This document shows positions 56,812-64,000 of a DNA stretch of 64,000 nt, in pieces (position 1 is the first letter of the stretch; each line of letters begins with the position of its first letter). The notes beneath the pieces are model-generated. The model was not told where the DNA came from. It did not search any database and worked only from the letters and a program-made list of their open reading frames with translations. Source of the DNA: an uncultured Candidatus Saccharibacteria bacterium (GTDB lineage Bacteria; Patescibacteriota; Minisyncoccia; Minisyncoccales; GWA2-38-27); assembly GCA_964506305.1 (NCBI GenBank), contig CAZDKD010000001.1:8031-72030 (forward strand). Direction: 5' to 3'. The translations under genes and the position numbers were made by a program.

Positions 56812-56858
56812 AGCGTTTGTCTTTTTGGGGCGATAGAAAAGACAGAAGAAGAGAAAAA
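56810..56858 (+). repeat. 49-bp copy of ferredoxin 3' end
   Basis: 46/49 identical to 55694-55742. Confidence 0.85.
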
Positions 56859-56868
56859 ATAAGTTACT

Positions 56869-57708
56869 ATGTTTAAATCAAAAATTATACTTTTTAGTCT
56901 TTTAGCTATAATATTAGCGAGTGTTTGTTTTGGAGATTTTTCAGAAGCTTCAGAAACTAGGGAAAATTGTATTTGCCTTGTTTATATTACCGGGGTTGGC
57001 TGTCCTAATTGCGCGGTTACCGATCCGGTTGTTCTTTCAGAATGGACTTTGAAGTATCCGAATTTGGTAGCAATAGAGTACGAAATTTACGAAAATAACG
57101 AAGAAAATTATCCCACAGCCGATGAATATTTTGAAAACTATATTTCTTCGGGTGTCCGTCCCGGCATCCCCTTTTTGATATTAGATAAAGACAATGTTTC
57201 TCTCGGACGTTTTGAAGTTTTAGAAGCTGAGAAAAGAATTGAAAATTTATGCGAAAATAAGCTTCCATTACCAGATAATTCTTGTCAGAAGTTTGAAGAT
57301 TTAGATATAAATAATTTGCCGGGAAAACCTAATATTTGGGTGAATGGGAGAGTTTTAACGCCCGTAGGAGAAAAAAAGGCGGATGATGAGTTATTGAAGA
57401 AGCTTTTATTTGAAGATGATATTCTATCTGTATTGGAGGGATTAGATTATACGATAATAGTTCCCGAGCTTGTTTCTTTCTCAAATGGGGAGGTAAATTT
57501 TGATAATGCTTTACTGATAGACGGCTGGAGGTTCCAGTGGAACGGGGAAGGTTTAGATAATTCTCTTCCGATTAACGCTACTGCTTTAGCAGGTTTGAGC
57601 AATAAAATAAATTGGTCAAAGATTTTTTATCCGGCATTAATAATAATCTTCGTTTTAATTTTTATAACCTCAGTTTATAAAAAAAAGAAAAGTGAGCCAG
57701 CTACATAA
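56869..57708 (+). CDS. Exported thioredoxin-like protein
   Basis: Signal peptide, GCPNC, GIPF, C-terminal TM. Confidence 0.7.
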   Translation: MFKSKIILFSLLAIILASVCFGDFSEASETRENCICLVYITGVGCPNCAVTDPVVLSEWTLKYPNLVAIEYEIYENNEENYPTADEYFENYISSGVRPGIPFLILDKDNVSLGRFEVLEAEKRIENLCENKLPLPDNSCQKFEDLDINNLPGKPNIWVNGRVLTPVGEKKADDELLKKLLFEDDILSVLEGLDYTIIVPELVSFSNGEVNFDNALLIDGWRFQWNGEGLDNSLPINATALAGLSNKINWSKIFYPALIIIFVLIFITSVYKKKKSEPAT

Positions 57709-58555
57709 AAAAATTATTACCGCAATTTTTGCAATTGCGTTTTTAGTTACCCTCTTTTTTTTGACAAAGAACGCCGATCCCGAGTATTTTAAAAACTTAG
57801 GCCTGACTCTTTCTTTGCCCTTGTTTACTTTTTTAATTGCCATAATTGACGGTTTTAATCCTTGCACGATGTGGCTTTTAACTTTTTTGCTTGTTTTGCT
57901 TATTTCTGTTTCCGAAAGTAGAAAAAGAATATTTATAGTAGGATTTAGTTTTGTTTCAGTAGTTTTTATAATTTATTTTTTATTTACAGCTGCTTGGCTA
58001 AACATATTTCGTTATATAGGCTTTATTGATCCTTTAAGAATAACTATTGGAATTATTGCCCTGGTTGCCGGTTTTTATAATTTAAAGTCTTATTTTTTTT
58101 CAAAAACGAGTGTTTGTGTTGGCGGTGTTTGCGAGGCTCAGGACGAATCAAAAGAGAGTTTTTTAAAGAAAGCTATATTCGGGAAAATTAGAAAAATTAC
58201 CGAAATTATAAAAAAAGGATCGATACCTGCCCTAATAATAGCTTCTATTACCATGGCTGTTTTTTCTTCCTTGGTTGAACTGCCTTGTACTGCGGGTTGG
58301 CCTATAATTTATACCGGTGTTCTTTCTTCAAAGTTTTTTGTTCAAACTTTCAATTATTATGCTTACTTGTTTCTTTATAATATCTTTTATGTAGTTCCGC
58401 TTTCAATAATAATATTATTGTTTGGTTGGCTTTTTAAAGGAAAAGGAATTTCCAAGAACCAAATGCAAATGATAAAACTTGGCGGGGGTTTGATTATGAT
58501 TTTTTTAGGAATAATTCTTTTGTTTAATCCAGAATTGCTTATGTTGGTTGAATGA
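57692..58555 (+). CDS. CcdA/DsbD-like transmembrane protein
   Basis: DGFNPC and VELPCTAG. Confidence 0.8.
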   Translation: MSQLHKKIITAIFAIAFLVTLFFLTKNADPEYFKNLGLTLSLPLFTFLIAIIDGFNPCTMWLLTFLLVLLISVSESRKRIFIVGFSFVSVVFIIYFLFTAAWLNIFRYIGFIDPLRITIGIIALVAGFYNLKSYFFSKTSVCVGGVCEAQDESKESFLKKAIFGKIRKITEIIKKGSIPALIIASITMAVFSSLVELPCTAGWPIIYTGVLSSKFFVQTFNYYAYLFLYNIFYVVPLSIIILLFGWLFKGKGISKNQMQMIKLGGGLIMIFLGIILLFNPELLMLVE

Positions 58556-58633
58556 AAAGAGTGCGAGGAAAGTCTACGAAGCTGATTCAAAAAGTCGTTT
58601 GTTAAAATTAACTCTTAATTTTTTTTAAATTCT

Positions 58634-59146
58634 ATGGCTATTATAAAATCGTTAGAGAAAAATGAAGTTGAGGAAACAGCTAAAGAGGTTTATGAAAAAT
58701 TTGAAAAAGATTCCGGAAAAGTTCCAGAATGGGTAAAAGTAATGGCTCATAACCCGAAAGTGGTAAAGGAGTTTACCGAATTATTTAAAGTAATAATGAA
58801 AGAAGGGTATATAGAGCCTTCTTTAAGATGGAAAATAGCTTATATTGTTTCCAACACTTTAAAGTGTCCTTTTTGTGTGGATGTAACCGGTAAGATGCTT
58901 GAAACTATGGGTGCCTCAAGCGAGGTTTTGGAGCAAATAAAAGAAGGCAAAGATCTTCCGGAAGAAGAAAAGCAAGTGTTAGAACTCGTAAAAGAAGTAA
59001 CTGCTAAAGCTACTTGTAATACGGAGCTTCTGGAAAAACTAAAGGCGAAGTTTTCAGAAGCAGAGCTGGTAGAAATTGTTTCAATTATCGGCTTGTTTAA
59101 TTATATCAACCGTTTCAACAATACTTTTTGCATTCTTCCTGAATAA
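58634..59146 (+). CDS. AhpD/carboxymuconolactone decarboxylase family
   Basis: MAHNP, CPFC, FNYINR. Confidence 0.85.
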   Translation: MAIIKSLEKNEVEETAKEVYEKFEKDSGKVPEWVKVMAHNPKVVKEFTELFKVIMKEGYIEPSLRWKIAYIVSNTLKCPFCVDVTGKMLETMGASSEVLEQIKEGKDLPEEEKQVLELVKEVTAKATCNTELLEKLKAKFSEAELVEIVSIIGLFNYINRFNNTFCILPE

Positions 59147-59148
59147 TA

Positions 59149-59787
59149 ATGAAAGTCACCATTATCTATGACAATACTGCTTTCAAAAAAGACCTTCAAT
59201 CTAATTGGGGCTTTTCTGTATTAGTTGAGGTAAAAAATACTCCAAGAATTTTGTTTGATACTGGCGGAGATGGAAAAATTTTGCTCGGTAATATGAAAAA
59301 GTTAGGAATAAATCCAACTTCAATTGATGAGGTTTTTATTTCTCATGCTCATTTTGACCATACCGGAGGACTTTCTGAATTTCTGAATGTAAATAAAAAA
59401 GCTAAAATTTACATCCCGTCCTCATTTCATGGACTAAAAAATAGAGAAGTTGTTGTTATAGAAAAGCCGACAAAAATTCACGAAAATGTTTTCTCTACCG
59501 GAGAGCTGGAGGGAATTGAACAGAGTATGGCAGTTTCAACCGACAAAGGAATAGTTTTGATTGTAGGTTGCTCCCATCCTTATATGGGTCATATTTTAGA
59601 TGCAGCTAGAAAATTTGGGCAAATCTATGCGGTTATTGGAGGAATGCATGGATTTTCTGAATTTGAATTATTTAAAGATTTAGAATTAATTTGTCCTACT
59701 CATTGTACTCAACACAAAGCCGAGCTCAAAAAGTTATATCCCCAAAAATATATTGAAGGCGGAGCAGGCCAAATAATTGATATTTAA
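59149..59787 (+). CDS. MBL-fold metallohydrolase
   Basis: LFDTG, SHAHFDHTGG, GCSHP, HCT. Confidence 0.9.
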   Translation: MKVTIIYDNTAFKKDLQSNWGFSVLVEVKNTPRILFDTGGDGKILLGNMKKLGINPTSIDEVFISHAHFDHTGGLSEFLNVNKKAKIYIPSSFHGLKNREVVVIEKPTKIHENVFSTGELEGIEQSMAVSTDKGIVLIVGCSHPYMGHILDAARKFGQIYAVIGGMHGFSEFELFKDLELICPTHCTQHKAELKKLYPQKYIEGGAGQIIDI

Positions 59788-59789
59788 TT

Positions 59790-60371
59790 ATGGAAAATGA
59801 TATTTTAAGAATAGTAAAAGAAGATCTTTTAGAAGAATTGAAAAGAAAAAATGATAAGCTTTCGTCCTTACTGATAGAGCCTGAGATTAAAGTTTCCCGT
59901 TTTTTTATATCTAAAGCGATTGGAGAATTAAAGAAGGAAGATTTGATACAAACTAAAGGAGAGTTGATTTTTTTAACCGAACAAGGAAACAAAAAAGCGG
60001 AAAGCATTGTTAGAAAACATTCTATTATTGAGAATTATTTTAAAAAGACAAGAAGTAAAGAAGAAGCCTGGAAAGCTGCTAGTATTCTTGAACATTATGT
60101 TTCTATGAAAGTTATTGATAATATAAAAAAGTTATCTACGTTCAGAAAAGAGGGTGCTCCTTTAACAGAATTTAAACAAAAGGAAGGATTAATTACCGAT
60201 ATTATTTTTAATGTTGGATTATTTGAGAGAGTAGTTAGTATGGGAATATGTCCCGGAGAGAAAATAAAGATAACCAATAAACTTCCAGATAGTATTATTG
60301 TTGAAATAGAAAATAAAAAGTTTGCCTTAGATTTATCTATAGCAAAAAAAATTAAAGTATTAAAAAGGTGA
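59790..60371 (+). CDS. DtxR-type regulator fused to FeoA domain
   Basis: RKHSIIE, LEH; SMGICPGEKI. Confidence 0.8.
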   Translation: MENDILRIVKEDLLEELKRKNDKLSSLLIEPEIKVSRFFISKAIGELKKEDLIQTKGELIFLTEQGNKKAESIVRKHSIIENYFKKTRSKEEAWKAASILEHYVSMKVIDNIKKLSTFRKEGAPLTEFKQKEGLITDIIFNVGLFERVVSMGICPGEKIKITNKLPDSIIVEIENKKFALDLSIAKKIKVLKR

Positions 60372-62251
60372 AAAAACTCAAAATACTTTTAGTTGGTCAA
60401 CCAAACGTAGGGAAATCAGTACTACTCAACGCTTTAGTTGGCCCAAGGGGTTTGGTTTCCAATTATCCTGGCACCACGGTTGAAATAACTCAGGCAGAGA
60501 AAATTTTTGGCGATACAAGAATAAGTTTTGTTGATACTCCTGGAGTATATTCTATATCTGACAGGTCAGAGGAAGAAAAAGTCACCGAAAAGGCTTTATT
60601 TGAACAAAAAATAGATGGAGCAATAGTAATCGCTGATGCTACTTCTCTTGAAAGAAGTCTTTATGTGTTACTGCAAATATTAGAGGCTCGAATTCCTGTT
60701 GTTTTGGCTCTTAATTTTGTAGAAGACGGTGAAAAGAGGGGAATAAAGATTAATTGTGAAAAGCTAAAGAAACTTCTCGGGATTTCAGTTGTTCCTATCA
60801 ATCCTTTAACCAGAAGAGGAATAGCTGAATTGGTAAAGAAAATATTGATTATTCAACAGGTGGCAAGACCTAGATTTAGAACAAATTATGACGATGATAT
60901 CGAAAGAGCAATAAATATAGTTTCTGAACAGGTTAAAGATACTCTACCTCAAAGATTTATTGCCCTAAGAGTTTTGGAAGAGGATGAAGATTTTTATAGT
61001 TATTTAAAAAATAAAGAAGTAATTGGAGAAATTAAACGAAGTTTAAAGAATCACCCCGAAATTTCCAAAGATATATCTATAACTAGATACGGCACAGCCT
61101 CGTTTATAGCCAGAGAAGTCACTAATATAGTTTCTTTAAAAAGTAAAAAAAAGTTATTAGAGGAGAGAATCGATGATATTCTATTGCATAAAATCTGGGG
61201 TCCAATTACTACTGGAATATCTTTTTTGGCAATATTCGGGATTTTATTGTATCTAGGCAGTTGGATGCAAGGTTTATTGATGAAATGGGCAGAGAAGTTT
61301 TTATCTTCTTTTGCTCCAGCAGATTCGGTATTTTCTATAATCCTAGTTCAAGGTTTAACTGGGTTAACAGCTGGTATTGCTATTGCCTTGCCATATGTAT
61401 TATTGTTCTATTTGCTTTTGGGTTTATTGGAAGACATAGGTCTTCTTTCCAGATTTATTGTTAATACGGATAGATTTTTAAAAAAATTGAGTCTTTCTGG
61501 GAAATCATTTATTCCTTTAGCTCTGGGTTTGGGTTGTACGGTGCCGGCAATTCGAGCTACTAGAGTTTTATCTTCCAAAAAGGAACAGCATTATACTTCA
61601 ACATTATTCGCCTTTGTTCCCTGTTCTAGTAGAATAGCTATAATAATGGGGATAGTCGGTTTTTATGGAGGGATAAAGTTAGCTTTTTCTGTTTTCATTA
61701 CTTTGTTTATTGCTGGCTTGATATGGATTCTTGTGATAAAACAAATTTTCCATATAAAGAGTGAACCCCTGCTTTTAGAGTTGCCTCCGTACCGAAAGCC
61801 CTTGGTTAAAGGCACTTTGGTAAAAAGCTGGCTCAGGATGAAAGATTTTGTATATATAGTTGTGCCTTTGTTAGCAGTAGGGGGGATAGTTTATGGAATT
61901 CTTAAGATGACAGGCCTTACCGAAGTTATAGTAGGTCCTCTTTCCCCGATTACTAATTGGTTAGGTTTGCCGGCTGCTCTCGTAATTCCTTTAGCATTTG
62001 GATTTTTGCAAAAAGATTTAACCGGAGCAATGCTGATATCGGTTTTAGGCAGTGATGTTTCTTCTATTCTCAGTCCTCTCCAGATTTATACATTTGGCAT
62101 AGCTGCCACTATTGGTATTCCTTGCATAATCGCTTTGGGAATGTTAGCAAAAGAATTTGGATTAAAGAAAGCATTAATTTTAACCGTATGTTCTGTAGGT
62201 TATGGGCTTTTATTCGCCGGTTTAATGTGGAGGGTAATCTCTGTTTTCTAA
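60368..62251 (+). CDS. feoB: Ferrous iron transporter B
   Basis: GQPNVGKS, NYPGTTVE, DTPG, GLGCTVPA, LLELPPY. Confidence 0.95.
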   Translation: MKKLKILLVGQPNVGKSVLLNALVGPRGLVSNYPGTTVEITQAEKIFGDTRISFVDTPGVYSISDRSEEEKVTEKALFEQKIDGAIVIADATSLERSLYVLLQILEARIPVVLALNFVEDGEKRGIKINCEKLKKLLGISVVPINPLTRRGIAELVKKILIIQQVARPRFRTNYDDDIERAINIVSEQVKDTLPQRFIALRVLEEDEDFYSYLKNKEVIGEIKRSLKNHPEISKDISITRYGTASFIAREVTNIVSLKSKKKLLEERIDDILLHKIWGPITTGISFLAIFGILLYLGSWMQGLLMKWAEKFLSSFAPADSVFSIILVQGLTGLTAGIAIALPYVLLFYLLLGLLEDIGLLSRFIVNTDRFLKKLSLSGKSFIPLALGLGCTVPAIRATRVLSSKKEQHYTSTLFAFVPCSSRIAIIMGIVGFYGGIKLAFSVFITLFIAGLIWILVIKQIFHIKSEPLLLELPPYRKPLVKGTLVKSWLRMKDFVYIVVPLLAVGGIVYGILKMTGLTEVIVGPLSPITNWLGLPAALVIPLAFGFLQKDLTGAMLISVLGSDVSSILSPLQIYTFGIAATIGIPCIIALGMLAKEFGLKKALILTVCSVGYGLLFAGLMWRVISVF

Positions 62252-62320
62252 TTGAAACCGGTCTTAAAATACTTTAGTAAGGCACATCGAAGGAGGAGCA
62301 GGAAGAATAATAGAATTATA

Positions 62321-62385
62321 AGAACCTACTCGCTTCGCTCGCAGAACCTTGATTCGCTAAGGAATAAATACATAATCTTGAAATA
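62321..62385 (+). repeat. AGAACC repeat, copy 5
   Basis: AGAACCTACTCGCTTCGCTCGCAGAACCTTGATTCGCTAAGG. Confidence 0.8.
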
Positions 62386-62402
62386 AATTATTGAAATTTA
62401 AA

Positions 62403-62597
62403 ATGGCCTGTAAATGGTACAACCTTTGTCCGTTAAGAGAATTGGAAAGAGAAGGAAAGATTAGTGACAAATGGAAAGAGGAATATTGTGAGACAAATGA
62501 TAATTGGAGGAATTGTAAAAGGTTCCAAATGGAAGAAGAAGGAAAATTTCATCCCGACAATATGATGCCGGACGGGAGTATCAAGGAGTTGGAATAA
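62403..62597 (+). CDS. Small Cys/His protein, paralog of 29529
   Basis: CKWYNLCPL..CKRFQMEE..HPDNMMPDG. Confidence 0.75.
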   Translation: MACKWYNLCPLRELEREGKISDKWKEEYCETNDNWRNCKRFQMEEEGKFHPDNMMPDGSIKELE

Positions 62598-62610
62598 ATA
62601 GAATTTAAAG

Positions 62611-63234
62611 ATGAATATAGAGCAAGAGCTTAAGAAAATTAAAGATGAGGTTGTAAGTTGTAAGAAATGTCCTTTGTATAAAAGTAGATATTTGCCGGTT
62701 ATTGGCGAGGGTAGTCACCAAGCTAAAATAATGTTTATAGGGGAAGCACCGGGAGCTCAAGAAGATAAAACCGGCCGGCCTTTTTGCGGGGCAGCAGGGA
62801 GGATTTTAGACGAACTTTTAGAATCAGCGGGGATTAAAAGAAAAGAAGTTTACATCTGTAATCTTTTAAAGTGCCGTCCGCCACAAAACCGCGATCCTCA
62901 GGCAGATGAAATTGAAGCATGCGTTCCTTATTTGGAAAAGCAGATTGAAATTATTGGCCCAAAAGTAATTTGTCCTTTGGGGAGGCATTCAATGGAATTT
63001 TTAATGAAGAAATTTGGATTAAAAGATGTGATTGAACCAATCAGCAAAATTCACGGGAAAGTATTTGAACCTCAGATTATTGCAGAAGATCTTCAGAATT
63101 CTCTTTTTGAACAAAAAAGAAAAGGGATTAAACAAATAAAAATCATTCCCCTTTATCATCCAGCAGTAGCAACCTATAATCCAAACATGAAAGAAGTTTT
63201 AAAAAAAGATTTTAAAGTTTTAAAAAAAATATGA
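62611..63234 (+). CDS. Uracil-DNA glycosylase family 4
   Basis: CKKCPL, GEAPG, GRPF, KCRPP, YHPA. Confidence 0.95.
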   Translation: MNIEQELKKIKDEVVSCKKCPLYKSRYLPVIGEGSHQAKIMFIGEAPGAQEDKTGRPFCGAAGRILDELLESAGIKRKEVYICNLLKCRPPQNRDPQADEIEACVPYLEKQIEIIGPKVICPLGRHSMEFLMKKFGLKDVIEPISKIHGKVFEPQIIAEDLQNSLFEQKRKGIKQIKIIPLYHPAVATYNPNMKEVLKKDFKVLKKI

Positions 63235-63674
63235 AAACTGCAAATAAAATAATTGAGATTAAATCAAAAGAGCAATTTGATATCATTGACTTAACTGATA
63301 GAATAACAGCTTTTGTTGAAGAGAGTAATATTAAAAACGGCTTGGTTAATATTCAAAGTCTCCATACTACTACTGCTGTTTTCGTTCAAGAAAACGAGCC
63401 CCTGCTTTTACAGGATATTAAGAAGCATTTAAATAGAATTGCTCCTCAAGATCTAAACTATAATCACGATGATTTTAGCCGTCGAACGGTAAATCTTTGT
63501 GATGACGAGTACCGTAACGGACATAGCCATTGCAAGGCTTTGAATTTACCAACCACTATCACTATAAATCTGATAAACAACGAAATTCAGCTTGGTAAAT
63601 GGCAAAAGATTTTATTTATCGAATTAGACAGAGCGAGAGAAAGAAAAGTCCAAATTCAAATTATAGGAGAATGA
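63231..63674 (+). CDS. YjbQ/UPF0047 family protein
   Basis: HTTTA..ENE, NGHSH, LGKWQ..ELD. Confidence 0.92.
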   Translation: MKTANKIIEIKSKEQFDIIDLTDRITAFVEESNIKNGLVNIQSLHTTTAVFVQENEPLLLQDIKKHLNRIAPQDLNYNHDDFSRRTVNLCDDEYRNGHSHCKALNLPTTITINLINNEIQLGKWQKILFIELDRARERKVQIQIIGE

Positions 63675-63759
63675 ATATTGACTCGTCAAAGGGTTGACTT
63701 TTTCAAAAAAATGTTCTAAAAAAGATAGTAATTTTAAAAATTTAAAAAAGGAGATAAAA

Positions 63760-64000
63760 ATGCCTGAGATAAATAAAAAAGAATTTGAAGAACTAAAAAG
63801 GTTAAGATTAGTAGAACAATCAGTGATGGCAGGTTTAAAAGAAGCTGGATTTTCGGACAAAGCCCTCGAATTTTTTGGATACAAAAAGAATTTTTTGCTT
63901 GATGAAGATCCCTTAAAAGAAAAGGCAAATGCAACTGGTGGGTTTACCGGTGCTTGCGGAGACCATGTGGATATTTATTTGAAGATTGAAGGGAATATAA
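63760..64000 (+). CDS. NifU/IscU-like scaffold protein (3' truncated by window edge)
   Basis: SD AAGGAG; GACGDHVDIYLKI. Confidence 0.75.
   Translation, partial: MPEINKKEFEELKRLRLVEQSVMAGLKEAGFSDKALEFFGYKKNFLLDEDPLKEKANATGGFTGACGDHVDIYLKIEGNI

Noticed and set aside
1894-63934. Many short antisense or overlapping ORFs in the track (e.g. 1894-2310, 14150-14428, 41171-41527, 63624-63884)
   Set aside because: Shadows of confident genes, with no motifs or start signals
1-64000. Alternative genetic code (TGA recoding)
   Set aside because: Well-conserved genes (lgt, rsmI, ddh) end at TGA at expected lengths

Overview
AT-rich bacterial window with standard genetic code, almost all genes on the + strand. 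Gene content and style suggest a Patescibacteria/CPR (Parcubacteria-like) anaerobe; this is an inference. Layout: (1) 1-7.8 kb, lspA-lgt followed by lipoproteins, zinc-ribbon and surface proteins, and rsmI. (2) 7.9-17.9 kb, self-contained cassettes, each with a TTGACA promoter, boxA-like motif, strong SD and terminator; these carry orphan metabolic genes and a T-box riboswitch in front of a Cys-rich mini-protein. (3) Most notable: 10.15-11.97 kb, a largely non-coding array of seven stem-enclosed structured RNA modules, most with their own promoter. They share a purine/pyrimidine closing stem and a downstream boxA-like motif, and four carry a TCGYT motif; interiors are variable and one is antisense to an SD+ATG. 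(4) 17.9-22 kb, restriction-modification locus with a LexA-methyltransferase fusion. (5) 22-35 kb, accessory string of small genes separated by several palindromic repeat families, with a duplicated gene and pseudogenes. (6) 36-49 kb, housekeeping and hypothetical genes with an extra sigma70. (7) 49.7-64 kb, anaerobic redox/metal cluster (NifX-like, OFOR alpha/beta, ferredoxin, FeoAB, UDG, NifU-like). No rRNA, tRNA, CRISPR array, integrase or transposase recognised. All calls are by eye; no database searches were run.
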